DNA of 64,000 nucleotides from Terriglobia bacterium (lineage in GTDB: Bacteria > Acidobacteriota > Terriglobia > JAJPHL01 > JAPKYU01), in the NCBI GenBank assembly GCA_965223005.1, contig CBDCVK010000010.1, positions 928,001-992,000 of the forward strand, in the 5' to 3' direction. Position 1 is the first letter of the stretch. The number at the start of each line of letters is the position of its first letter. Made by a program: the position numbers and the translations under genes. The notes beneath the pieces were generated by a model that saw only the letters and a program-made list of their open reading frames with translations, was not told where the DNA came from and did no database searches. Below, piece by piece: positions 1 through 10,242 of the stretch.

Positions 1-785
1 GCGGGATTGGCCCGCACTGCGGTACCCGACGCCTCCCCGGCCAGCAGCCGGCGCAGGATGCCCGGCTGACGGCCTCCAGCAATTTCCACCTCCGGCACAC
101 CCTTCTCCACTGCCGTCACGGCCGAGCGCAGCTTGGCCAGCATGCCACCGCTGACCACGCCAGTGTCAATCAGCTCCCGAACGCGCGCTGGGGAGAGTTC
201 CGGAAAGACCTCACCGCTGGCGCCGTAGACGCCGTCCACGTCCGTCAGAAACACCAGCCGGTCGGCCATCCAGCCAGCAGCGCAGGCCACCGCGACTTCG
301 TCGGCGTTGACGTTCAGGATCTGGCCGCTTCGACTGACTGCTAACGGAGCCAGCAGCGGCACAAAGCCACCAGCCGCTAGGGTATCGAACAGTTGCGTAT
401 GGACATGCTCGATGCGTCCGACCAAGCCCAGATCCACGCGTTGGTTGTTGGCCGGGGTGGCCATCAGGCACCCGGCGTCCACTCCGGAAATCCCGCAGGC
501 GGGCACGCCCTCTGCGGAAAAAGCCGCCAGCAGCTGGTGGTTCACGGACCCAGCCATTACCTTCACCGCCGCATCCAGCACTTCCGGAGAGGTGACGCGG
601 CGCCCTTCGACGAACGTCGCCTCGATGCCGACTCCCTTCAGGAATGCCGTCAGTTGTGCGCCGCCACCATGCACTACCAGCAGGCGGTGGCCTGCCGCCA
701 TCGCGCTGCCAATCTGCAGCGCCAGCAGGCGCGGTGCCTCTTCGTCCTGGACCAGCGTGCCGCCGATCTTGACCACCACTCTCAT
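1..785 (-). CDS. argB: Acetylglutamate kinase (3' end runs off the window)
   Basis: Minus strand from ATG at 785 reads MRVVVKIGGTLVQD..HGGG..GRRVT..NVNAD..FLTDVDGV..GGMLAKL; ATGA overlap with the argC stop; absent from the ORF track because it is truncated. Confidence 0.93.
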   Translation of the reverse strand, partial: MRVVVKIGGTLVQDEEAPRLLALQIGSAMAAGHRLLVVHGGGAQLTAFLKGVGIEATFVEGRRVTSPEVLDAAVKVMAGSVNHQLLAAFSAEGVPACGISGVDAGCLMATPANNQRVDLGLVGRIEHVHTQLFDTLAAGGFVPLLAPLAVSRSGQILNVNADEVAVACAAGWMADRLVFLTDVDGVYGASGEVFPELSPARVRELIDTGVVSGGMLAKLRSAVTAVEKGVPEVEIAGGRQPGILRRLLAGEASGTAVRANP

Positions 786-1729
786 CGCAGCCCTCGTGAT
801 GGGTCGAACCCCAGCATCAGGTTCATGTTCTGTACCGCCTGTCCGGCTGCCCCTTTTCCCAGGTTATCAATGCAGGAGACAATGACCGCGCGCGTCCCCC
901 TCTCGTCCAGCGTCAGGTACAGGTCGCAGAAGTTCGTGCCGCGCACATCGTGCAGATTGGGCGTGCCCTGATCGCGCACCCGGATAAAACCGCCCTCGGG
1001 GTAGCGCCCGCGGTAGAGCGCCAGCAGCTCCAGGCGCGTCCACGGCCGGCGCAGCTTGACATACATGGTGGAGAGGATACCGCGGGTCACTGGTAGCAGG
1101 TGTGCCGTGAAAAAGAAATCTTCCAGTGTTACGCCCAACGCCTGAACCATTTCCGGCACATGCCGGTGCCGCAGCACGGCGTAGGCCTTGAAGTTCTCGT
1201 TGACTTCCACAAAATGTGTTGCTGCCGCGGGCCGGTGCCCGGCGCCGCTCACCCCCGACTTGGCATCGCAGATGACGCCCACCGAGGTGTCCAGTGCGCC
1301 GCAGCAGACCAGCGGGTGCAGCCCGCAGATCACCGCCGTGGGGTAACAGCCGGGGTTGGCGACCAGGCGCGCGCCCGGCACTGCCTCGCCATTCAGCTCG
1401 GTGAGGCCGTAGACGGCTTCAGGCAGCAGTTCCGGCGCAGGATGCTCCATCCCGTACCAGTCGGCGAACATCCTGGCGTCTTTGAGGCGGAATGCCCCGC
1501 TCAGGTCCACCACTTTCGCGCCCGCCCCCAGAGCCTGGGGCGCCGCTTCCAGCGACACTTCGTGAGGCGTGGCCAAGAACACCAGCACGAGGCCGTGTTG
1601 GCGCACCGCCGCGCCCATCTTGGTCGTATTTTCCAGAGCCACCGGGCGCACACCACCGTGCCAGGCGAGCAAGCTCATCAGCTCCTGCCCGCTGTAGCCC
1701 GACACTCCCAGAACTGCGACGTTCGACAC
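782..1729 (-). CDS. argC: N-acetyl-gamma-glutamyl-phosphate reductase (compact N-terminal domain)
   Basis: GVSGYSG Rossmann motif, DLSGAFRL, ANPGCYPT catalytic motif, SGVSGAG, DNLGKGAAGQAVQNMN. Confidence 0.96.
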   Translation of the reverse strand: MSNVAVLGVSGYSGQELMSLLAWHGGVRPVALENTTKMGAAVRQHGLVLVFLATPHEVSLEAAPQALGAGAKVVDLSGAFRLKDARMFADWYGMEHPAPELLPEAVYGLTELNGEAVPGARLVANPGCYPTAVICGLHPLVCCGALDTSVGVICDAKSGVSGAGHRPAAATHFVEVNENFKAYAVLRHRHVPEMVQALGVTLEDFFFTAHLLPVTRGILSTMYVKLRRPWTRLELLALYRGRYPEGGFIRVRDQGTPNLHDVRGTNFCDLYLTLDERGTRAVIVSCIDNLGKGAAGQAVQNMNLMLGFDPSRGLR

Positions 1730-1741
1730 CAGAGGGTCCCT

Positions 1742-1779
1742 TACGAATAATTATTCACTGCCATGTATATTTATACCAG
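1742..1779. promoter_or_regulatory. Tandem ARG boxes (ArgR operator)
   Basis: TACGAATAATTATTCACT (1742-1759) and CATGTATATTTATACCAG (1762-1779): AT-rich palindromes 2 bp apart, just upstream of argC, matching the TGAATA-N2-TATTCA type consensus. Confidence 0.85.
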
Positions 1780-1910
1780 AGCCCGGATCGCCGGTCAATG
1801 CGAAAATCCGACAGCGCATTGCCTCGGTTGGATCTCGACCGCGGCAGCGCTGCCAGCTTACGCCGCGCGCGGCGGCAAGAGAGAGTACGTGAGCTTGAAG
1901 CGGAACATTT

Positions 1911-1960
1911 TGGTGAGCTCGGCAGGAGTCGGACCTGCACCCTGAGGATTCAGAGTCCAG
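1911..1960 (-). pseudogene. tRNA 3'-half remnant (CTG anticodon-like loop, T-arm, acceptor 3' strand, CCA)
   Basis: Minus strand GGA-CTCTGAA-TCC..GCAGG-TCCGACT-CCTGC-CGAGCTC-A-CCA; no matching 5' acceptor strand or D-arm upstream. Confidence 0.55.
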
Positions 1961-2036
1961 GACTAGCTGCTTTAGGCTCGCGCCTGAAGTCTAGTTGCCT
2001 TTGCTGACTCCACCGCCAAAGAAGCTGGCCAGACGG

Positions 2037-5000
2037 CTACTCCACGGCGAGAATCACAGTGTTGCTGGGGATCCCGTTCTGCGTGAGGACCAGCGGGACC
2101 GCACCGCCCGGCGCAACGCCGGCCGGCACCACCACGTTCACTTGGTAGAGTCCCACGAAGCCCGGCGCCAGACCCTGGTAGGCTACCGCGGCTTCGAGCC
2201 CTCCGATGGTCACCGTCACCGGCAGTTGCACGGTGCTGAACGAGGGCGCGGGAGCTCCCGTTTCCACCTGCTCCTGCACGGCGCCCAGGCCGGTGCAGAA
2301 GATCTGTATCGTGTCTCCAGGGCCTACCGGGTTCTGCGCCGTCACCAGCAGGAACGAGGCGTCCAGGATGGCGGCGTTTTCACCCGCAATGAAGATGCCC
2401 GGCTGCACCGGAGCAATCCGGTAGTTCTGCGGTGAAGTCAGCAGGTCACCCACGTTGACGGTGACCCCAACGTCATCGCCGGGGCGGGTCTCAAACGGCA
2501 CCTGCGCGTTGATCTGCCCCGGGCCGGCGAAATACAACGGCGCATCTCGGTCGCCAATCCGTACGCTGTCCCCGGCCAGATCCCGCTCCAGCGGCAGCTG
2601 GGTGGCGAAGTTGTTCTCGGTCGCGAAGCGCGCGCCGAACAAGGAGATGATGCCACCGGGCGCCAGCGGCCGTCGCGGCGCGAAGCCGGCTCCTTCCACC
2701 ACCCCGTCGGGAAACAGCACCGGCAACTCCACGGCTCCGGGCGCCGCCGCCGTGGAAACCGTGAAGGAGCGACGCGCCGTAGCAAACGAGGGATGCAGCG
2801 CCACAAACGTCACCGTCACCTCGGTCGCCTCGCTCACCGGCGTCCAGGTGCCAGTGTAGAAACCGTCGCCCAGCGACCGCAGCGAGATATTCAACCCTTC
2901 GATGCTGGCCAGCACAGTGGCATCGCTAACGACTGTGCCGCAGGTGTCTACCGTCACCGCCGCCAGCACCCTGGGGAAAGATACCGGCAGGCTGAGGCCG
3001 TTGCCAATCGTGGTGGCCAGCAGTTGTAGCCCCGATGGAGCGCACTGGGCCGTGCGTGGCGGACCCACTGCCCGGGTCCGCAGCGCACTGCCCGGCGGCG
3101 TCACGATCAGCAACACGTCTACCTGCTGCGGCCCGCCGGAGGAGAAGGTGCCGGTGATGGTGCCCTCGTAGACGCCGGCCGCCAGCCCCGACGGGTTCAC
3201 CGAAACTTGCGTCGTGAACGGACCGCCCGACGCGGTCCCGCTCGACGGACTCACCATCAGCCAGTCCCCGCCGGAACTGGTCGCAGCCACAAAGTCTGCC
3301 GTGAGTGTTCCTCCTCCTGCGTTGCTCACGGTCAGGTCTTGCTCCGCCAGCAGCGCGCCATCCTGCTCGGCGACGAACAGCATCCCGTTGGGGCTAATGT
3401 CGGCCGTCGCGGGTGTGGCCGTCGGCGCCACCTGCAGCGTCGCCGAGAACAATTGCGGATTGTTGCTGGCCCCCGGCGCCGATACCGTCACCAGCACCTG
3501 CAAGACCCCGGCCGCCAGCCCCGACGGGTTGGCCGCCAGGGTGATCGCCGAAGCCTGGGCCGCGCCCACGCCCGCCGTCCCCGACGCCGGGGAGGCCGTC
3601 AGCCAGGAAGGCAGGCTGGAGAGGGACCAGTTCACCGCTGCGGTCCCGTTGTTCAACACCCGCAGCGTCTGCGCCGGCGGCGCGAATCCGCCTTCCGCCA
3701 CCCGGAACAGAAACGCCGTCTGGTCCAACAGCAGCTGGCCTCCCGGCGAGGTCACCACCGCCTGCAAGGGGACTGCAGCGGAAAAGCCAGTTTCCGTATC
3801 GGTCACGGTGATTACCGCCTGGAATACTCCAGCGGCCAGCGCTGCAAAGTCGACCTCGGCGGTGACGGTCGCCGGTTGCGCCAGGGTGGCGGTGCCGGAG
3901 GCAGGAGAAACAGTGAGCCAGCCGCTTCCATTCAATAGCGTCGCCGCTACGCTCCAGTTCACCGTGCCGGCGTCGCTGCCGACCTGCAAGGCCTGTTGTG
4001 CAGCGGGATCACCGACGGCCCCGGAGAAGCTCAGCGTCAAGGGCAACACGGTCAGGGCGGAAGGCTCCGGCGTTCCCGCCTGAGTTGCCGTGAAAGTTTG
4101 GCCGGCAATGGTCATCGTCCCGGTGCGTGAACTGCTGCCGGTGTTGACCGCCACCGAGTACTCTACGGTGCCATTGCCGCTGCCGCTCTCGCCTGAGGTG
4201 ATGCTGATCCAACTGTCGTTGCTCGCGGCGGTCCACATGCACCCTTCCGGCGCCATCACTGCCACGCTGCCGGTTCCTCCACTGGCCGCGAAAGATTCAC
4301 TGATCGGGGCAATGGAGAAAGTGCAGCCCACGGCCACATCGCTGATCTTGGCGATAAAAACGTCCGTGGCTCCGGCGTGATCGGCCTGAAAGGGATTCAC
4401 CGTCGGGAAGTCGCCCGAACCCGTCTGACCTGTCACGTAAGCGTTGCCAGAGGCGTCTACGGCGATGGCATAGCCAATGTCGCTACCGTTGCCGCCCAGG
4501 TAGGTGGAGTAAACCAGAGCGTTGCCGGGGGAATTCAATTTCGTCACAAAGACGTCCGAGATGCCGTCCAAGGTCGCCTGCAGTGGATTGGCCGTGGGGA
4601 AGTTGGTCGATCGCGTCAGGCCCATCACGTAGGCGTTGCCGGAGGCGTCTACGGCGATGCCGAAGGGCTCATCCCCGCCGCTGCCGCCAAGATACGTGGA
4701 GTAAACCAACACATTGCCGGCGGCGTTCAACTTCGTCACAAACGCGTCGCGGTTGCCGCCGCCGTGAGCGGCCTGGATGGGACTGGCAGTGGGGAAGTCG
4801 GTCGAATCCGTCCGGCCCGTCACGTAAGCGTTGCCGGAGCTGTCCACGGCGATGCCTACCGCGCCAAGCGAAGATTCAGCTCCGCTGCCGCCGAGATAGG
4901 TGGAGTAAACGAGAGCGCTACCGGCGGCATTCAATTTCGCCACAAACGCGTCCCAGATGCCGCCGCCGTGGGCGGGCTGGATGGGGCTGGCAGTGGGGAA

Positions 5001-6533
5001 GTCGGGAGAAAGTGTTGAACCCATCACATAGGCGCTGCCGGAGGTGTCTACGGCAATATCAAAGCCCTCATCTGCTGCGCTGCCGCCGAGGTAGGTAGAG
5101 TAAACCAGAGCGGAGCCGGCGGCATTGAGTTTCGCCACAAATACGTCAAATTGGAGGTTCTTATCGGGCTGCATAGGACTGGCAGTGGGGAAGTCGTCCG
5201 AATTTGTGCTGCCCGCCACATAGGCGTTGCCCGAGGCGTCTACGGCGATGCCGTAGCCCTCGTCCCTGTTAGTGCCGCCCAGGTAGGTGGAGTAAACGAG
5301 AGAGTTGCCGGCGGCATTCAACTTCGTCACAAACGCGTCGCGCGAGCCGCCACCGTTAGCGGCCTGGATGGGACTGGCAGTGGGGAAGTCGGTCGAATCC
5401 GTCCGGCCCGTCACGTAAGCGTTGCCGGAGCTGTCTACGGCGATCCCTACCTCGCCAAGCGAAGATTCATCGCCGCTGCCGCCAAGGTAGGTGGAATAAA
5501 CCAGAGCATTGCCGGCGGCATTCAATTTCGTCACAAACGCGTCCCAGGTGCCGCCGCTGTGGGCGGGCTGGATGGGGCTGGCAGTGGGGAAGACGCTAGA
5601 CGTTTGACCCCTCACATAGGCGTTGCCCGAGGCGTCTACGGCTATGCCCCAGCCAATGTCGCTGCCGCCGTCGCCCAGGTAGGTGGAATAGCTCAGCACC
5701 GGATCAATGATGAGGGGCTTGCTGCGATCATACGCAGCCACCTGGAAGCCGACCTCGCGCCCGCCGTTGAGCACGTAGGCCCCCGCGATTTCCCGCCGGA
5801 CGCCGTCCACTTCCTGATAGACCAGCGGCTTGTGCTGGCGAATCTCTCCGCCAGGGGTATCAAGCACGAGGTCGCCCTGAGCATCAATGCGAAGCCGCTC
5901 GACGCCCTCAAAGCTGAGCGTGATGCCGCGCGGATCGGCCCCCGGCTCAACCACCAGGTCATACTCCAGTCGGCGCTGGTTGCCGTAGTAAACCAGGTCC
6001 ACACCCGGGTAGACCTCGTCGTATTGCACTTTGGCGTAGTGAGGCACTCTTGTGCGCCACTTGGAGGGATCGTTGCCGATGAAATAGTTGTTCTTGCCAG
6101 GCAGCTCCTCCAGCCCACTCACCCGTGGCGATGGGTTGGCGCCGACCAGCTTCATGCGTACCACACTGGGCGGGGCAGCAGGAACCTGCTCCGCTTCTGC
6201 ATTGGCGTGCCTTGTGCGCCCTCTGTTGGACACGACGGGCTTGCGTAAGGCCAACACGGCCTCAGTTGGGGTTAAAAACAGAGAGTAGCCGCTGCCGCGC
6301 GACAGGAAGTTCACCCGGCCGTCAGTCTGGCCCTGATTGGCTTCAAAGCTCAGAGGCAGCTTGCCGTAGTTCTCCACAACCTGCGGCTTGTTGGCCGCTG
6401 GATATTTCGCTGCGGAGTATGGCTTAGGAGTAAGGAGTGGGCCCGGATCCAACCTCATCAGGCCGACAGCTAGCAGCCCGAGCGCTAGCAGCGCCATTCC
6501 CGGTCCTACGTTACGGATCAAGGTCCTACGCAC
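2037..6533 (-). CDS. Large exported protein: 7 SBBP beta-propeller repeats, BACON/Ig-like domains, C-terminal TIGR03437-like domain
   Basis: LPLSFEANQGQ N-domain, seven YSTYLGG..GIAVDxSGNAYV repeats, CxWTAxSNDSWI BACON motif, C-terminal PLYFAGPGQINAQVP..GLAPGFVGLYQVNV; GTG at 6533 follows a GAGGAGGAG RBS (ORF track start 6629). Confidence 0.9.
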   Translation of the reverse strand: MRRTLIRNVGPGMALLALGLLAVGLMRLDPGPLLTPKPYSAAKYPAANKPQVVENYGKLPLSFEANQGQTDGRVNFLSRGSGYSLFLTPTEAVLALRKPVVSNRGRTRHANAEAEQVPAAPPSVVRMKLVGANPSPRVSGLEELPGKNNYFIGNDPSKWRTRVPHYAKVQYDEVYPGVDLVYYGNQRRLEYDLVVEPGADPRGITLSFEGVERLRIDAQGDLVLDTPGGEIRQHKPLVYQEVDGVRREIAGAYVLNGGREVGFQVAAYDRSKPLIIDPVLSYSTYLGDGGSDIGWGIAVDASGNAYVRGQTSSVFPTASPIQPAHSGGTWDAFVTKLNAAGNALVYSTYLGGSGDESSLGEVGIAVDSSGNAYVTGRTDSTDFPTASPIQAANGGGSRDAFVTKLNAAGNSLVYSTYLGGTNRDEGYGIAVDASGNAYVAGSTNSDDFPTASPMQPDKNLQFDVFVAKLNAAGSALVYSTYLGGSAADEGFDIAVDTSGSAYVMGSTLSPDFPTASPIQPAHGGGIWDAFVAKLNAAGSALVYSTYLGGSGAESSLGAVGIAVDSSGNAYVTGRTDSTDFPTASPIQAAHGGGNRDAFVTKLNAAGNVLVYSTYLGGSGGDEPFGIAVDASGNAYVMGLTRSTNFPTANPLQATLDGISDVFVTKLNSPGNALVYSTYLGGNGSDIGYAIAVDASGNAYVTGQTGSGDFPTVNPFQADHAGATDVFIAKISDVAVGCTFSIAPISESFAASGGTGSVAVMAPEGCMWTAASNDSWISITSGESGSGNGTVEYSVAVNTGSSSRTGTMTIAGQTFTATQAGTPEPSALTVLPLTLSFSGAVGDPAAQQALQVGSDAGTVNWSVAATLLNGSGWLTVSPASGTATLAQPATVTAEVDFAALAAGVFQAVITVTDTETGFSAAVPLQAVVTSPGGQLLLDQTAFLFRVAEGGFAPPAQTLRVLNNGTAAVNWSLSSLPSWLTASPASGTAGVGAAQASAITLAANPSGLAAGVLQVLVTVSAPGASNNPQLFSATLQVAPTATPATADISPNGMLFVAEQDGALLAEQDLTVSNAGGGTLTADFVAATSSGGDWLMVSPSSGTASGGPFTTQVSVNPSGLAAGVYEGTITGTFSSGGPQQVDVLLIVTPPGSALRTRAVGPPRTAQCAPSGLQLLATTIGNGLSLPVSFPRVLAAVTVDTCGTVVSDATVLASIEGLNISLRSLGDGFYTGTWTPVSEATEVTVTFVALHPSFATARRSFTVSTAAAPGAVELPVLFPDGVVEGAGFAPRRPLAPGGIISLFGARFATENNFATQLPLERDLAGDSVRIGDRDAPLYFAGPGQINAQVPFETRPGDDVGVTVNVGDLLTSPQNYRIAPVQPGIFIAGENAAILDASFLLVTAQNPVGPGDTIQIFCTGLGAVQEQVETGAPAPSFSTVQLPVTVTIGGLEAAVAYQGLAPGFVGLYQVNVVVPAGVAPGGAVPLVLTQNGIPSNTVILAVE

Positions 6534-6715
6534 GGTTGTTCTCCTCCTCGGAAGCGAACGACCAAGGCTACACGCAGCGGGGTCGCATGTCCACTTCGCC
6601 GAGAAAATGTTCTGCGGGATGGGCCGCATTTCGCTCGCATCTACTGCATACCCAAAAAGTTTCTTAAAGCCAGGACTGAGGTACTCGTTGCCGGGCGGCC
6701 TGATAGAATTTCCCT

Positions 6716-7162
6716 ATGAGCGGTTACACCGAAGAACACGCGCGCGCGGGCATCCGGACCAAGCTGCCGGCGCTGGAAACCTGGCCCAACCAGTACGGCG
6801 GCTACACGATCACCATCGAATACCCGGAGTACACCTCGATCTGCCCCAAGACCGGCCTGCCGGATTACGCCACGATCACCATCGAATACGCGCCCGCCGA
6901 GCGGTGCGTGGAGTTGAAATCGCTGAAGATGTACCTGCTGGCCTACCGGAATCTGGGCATCTTCTACGAGAACGCGGTGAACCGGATTCTGGCGGATCTG
7001 GTGGCAGCCTGCCGGCCGGTTTCGGCCACCGTCATCGGCGAATTCACGGCGCGGGGCGGCATGCGCAGCTCTGTCGTGGCCCGCTGGCCCAGACCGGAAG
7101 GTTTAAAGTCCAAGGTCCAAAACCCAAGGTTCCAGGCCCAAGAGTCAAAGCCGAAGCGGTGA
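6716..7162 (+). CDS. queF: NADPH-dependent 7-cyano-7-deazaguanine (preQ0) reductase, unimodular type
   Basis: EYTSICPKTGLPDYA (catalytic Cys/Asp), VELKSLKMYL QueF motif, ARGGM. Confidence 0.95.
   Translation: MSGYTEEHARAGIRTKLPALETWPNQYGGYTITIEYPEYTSICPKTGLPDYATITIEYAPAERCVELKSLKMYLLAYRNLGIFYENAVNRILADLVAACRPVSATVIGEFTARGGMRSSVVARWPRPEGLKSKVQNPRFQAQESKPKR
7098..7153 (+). repeat. Degenerate heptanucleotide tandem array inside the queF 3' end
   Basis: aaggttt aaagtcc aaggtcc aaaaccc aaggttc caggccc aagagtc aaagccg. Confidence 0.55.
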
Positions 7163-10100
7163 CACTGGAGAAGCGGGCTTAGGAGACGGGCGCAGCGGGA
7201 CGGGAATCACTCAGGGTCGCGTGTCGAGGGTCGCCTCGGCGAGGATTCTGCCGACCACGCCGTTCGAAACCTTGCGCAGAATGAAGCGATAGACGTGCCC
7301 GGGCTCGATGAAATCGGCCTGCTGTTCGCCAAAGACGAATCCCGCGAAGAGCACCTCTTCGCCGCCATCTTCGGTGACGAAAACCTGCGCGGCGCTCGTG
7401 TTGGTGGTTGACCAGGTCACCAGGCCCTCGGGAGTCACGCTAATCTCCCCCGTAGACAAATCGCGGACGGGCAGGAAAGTTTGGTTGGCCGAAAGCGAGC
7501 CGACGAACACTATTACCTGAGCGTCATCGCCGTCCTCAAACAGGTTCGCAGCCACCTGCACATTAAACTGCAGCACGCCGACGAAGCCCGGAGCTAGTCC
7601 GGCAAATTGGATGGCAGCGTCTTTTTCCTGGATCGCGACGCTGGCGATGGTGCTAATCAGTGCATCCGCGGGAGAAGCTTCGCCAGTGACTGCCACCGGC
7701 AGGTCCGAGATGGTTCGCAGAACGAAACGATACAGACGCCCTGCCTGGTAGAACCCCGTTTCTTCCCCCTCCGTGCCATCCTCAAACACGGATTCCTGCC
7801 CGCCACCTACGGAAATGTGGACGCGCGCGGCCGTCACGTCGGTGGTGGACCAAGTCACCGTGCCCTCGGAGTCCACCGAAATGTCCCCGGAGGCTCCGTT
7901 GGACACCGTTACAAATGTATCCAGGGAGGCGCTGCCGAGCAGATCGCCCTGCAGGCCTTCGATGAACATCCACAGCGTGAAGTTGTAGTGGTGGCCGGGC
8001 GTGATGAAGTCTGCCTGCTTGGTGCCGGAGAGGCCCGTGGCGAATGACTCGGGCGGCGCGCCGTCCACCGAGACCAGGACGCGGGCGTCCGGGACACCAG
8101 CGGCGGACCAGGTAACCAGGCCCTCCGGGGTCACCTCAATCTGCCCGGAACCTCCGTCCGTGGCTTGCCCGCGCGTGTCCAGCACCGAGATGGCGACGAT
8201 GTCGCCCACGCCGCCGCCGTCGAACGGCCTGAGGATGAAGCGGTAGATGTGCTCGGGCGTGATGAAGTCGGCTGTTTCCGTACCCTCGGCGCCCTCGGCG
8301 AAGAACACTTCCTCGCCCCCATCGGTTGTAGCGAACACCTGGGCGCTTTCGCTGAAGGAAATGGACCAGGTCACCGCTCCGTCGGCGCTTACCCGGAGCT
8401 CGCCTCGGTCGCGGGTATCCAGGATGGCAGTAGCTAACGCGTCGCCCGGCAAGCCCAATACTTGTACGCCAGTGCCATAGAAGACGATTATCCCGCCGGG
8501 CACAAGCGGATGCTCGTCGTCCACGGGGGTGAAATCCGGGTGGAAGGCGAGCAGCCGGCCTATTCCATTTCCGGAAACAGTGAACAAGCCGGTGGTCAGT
8601 TGGTTGAGGCCGACGGGCATGGCGTTGGACAGGATCACTTCTCCTGACTCGGTGCGCTTGCGGATGACCACGCTGGCGTTTCTGCCCTCCGTCTCCCAAG
8701 GGACCTGGAAGTTGATCTGGGTTTGGGAGACAAAGAACAACGGGGCGGGCACGCTGTTGACCAGCACACTAGTGCCTGCCAATTCGCGCGGGAGGGGAAT
8801 CTGCTCAGCTACGGCCGTCTGTGGGGCAAGGTCGCGCCCGAACAGGGCGGCGATGTTGCCGGGCGTCACCTCCAGGCGGGGCCCGCCGAAGTTGATGCGG
8901 GAAATGTCCGGAAGCAAGCTGCTGATTTCCACTAGAAGGTCGGTAGGCTCACCGTTCTCGGGTGTTTCGCCTTCCTCACCTTCCTCGTCTCCCTCGGGCC
9001 CACCGAGCCCTATGGGTTGGAAGTAGACGACCTGACCGCCGGGCGAGCCGCCAACATAAGCGCGATAGTTGGTCGCGTTAGGCACTTCATCGAAGGTCAC
9101 GATCAGCTTGCTGTTCTCCGGCACCGTCACCATGACCTCTTCGGAGGGTATGCTCTCGAAAAGGAGGTCGCTGTTTTCCGCGGTCACCTTGATGTAGTAG
9201 TCGCCCGCGCCAAGGAACCCGTCGGGCTCGACCTCGACGGTGACGCCGGTGGGGCGGCCCAGGCCGTTGCCGGAAAAGCCCGCTGCGCTCAAGACAGAGC
9301 CCTGGTCGAACAGCGGCACTCCCGGCTCGAATTTCACGACGCGTCGGTTAATGCTGTCCGCTACCAGCACGCCCGACTCGGTGGCCGCCAGCGCGACGGG
9401 CAAAGCCAGCACGCCGGCGGTAACCTGATTGGGAAGATCCTCCGGGTCTAAAACACTGAAGAAATCCTTTTGTCCAAGCACCAAATCGGCCGGCGTGCCG
9501 TCGCTGGTGGGAATCTGGTTGAAGACCAGGACCCGGTTGTTGCCCGTGTCGGCAATGAACAGCCTGGTCCCATCGGTTAATGCGTAGCGCGGGAAATTCA
9601 GCGAGGCCGGGCCGGTGCCGGCCGTGTCGGTGGTGAAGTCCGGCTGCCCTACCACCACGTCGGCTGGTGCGTTGTTGCTGGTGGGAATTTGATTGTAGAT
9701 CAGCACGCGGTTGTGTCCCAGGTCGGTGACGATCAGGCGCACTCCGTCGGAGAATACCGCGGTGGGGTCGCGCAGACTGGTGTTGTTGGCCGGCTGATCT
9801 TCAGCGGAGTTGAAGTCGGCTTGCCCCAGCACTACGTCGGCTGGGACCCCACTCAAAGTGGGGACAGAGTTATAGATCAGCACGCGGTGGTTAAACGTAT
9901 CCGCCACGAACATTTGCTGCCCGTCCAGGAACACGCCGTTGGGCCCGCGCATGCTGGTCTCATCGGTATTGGCGGCTGCGCTTTCGAAATCGCTCTGGCC
10001 GACGACCACATCGGCGACGGCCCCGTTGGCCGTGGGGATGTTGTTGAACAACAGCACACGGTTGTTTCCCCAGTCAGCGACGGCTAGGTGCTGCCCGTCG

Positions 10101-10242
10101 CTGCTGATCCCCACCGGCCGGTTCAGGGAACTCTGGGAAAGCCCCGGGTCGGTCTGGCCGAAGTCCGGCTGTCCGATGACAACGCTGGCCGAAGCTCCCA
10201 GCGTCAGTTGTGAAAGGTTGTCGAAGACCAGGATTCGATTGT

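Noticed and set aside
782-1729. argC as an internally deleted pseudogene because its N-terminal domain is short
   Set aside because: The frame and all catalytic motifs are intact and operon coupling to argB is preserved
1911-1990. Intact tRNA-Gln(CTG)
   Set aside because: No 5' acceptor strand or D-arm, only 3 bp of anticodon stem, and a TCC rather than TTC T-loop
4350-5700. Diversity-generating retroelement template/variable repeat pair
   Set aside because: All repeats are in-frame propeller blades, the differences do not look adenine-specific, and no reverse transcriptase is present
6630-6715. preQ1 riboswitch upstream of queF
   Set aside because: No recognisable stem plus A-rich tail matching preQ1 class I
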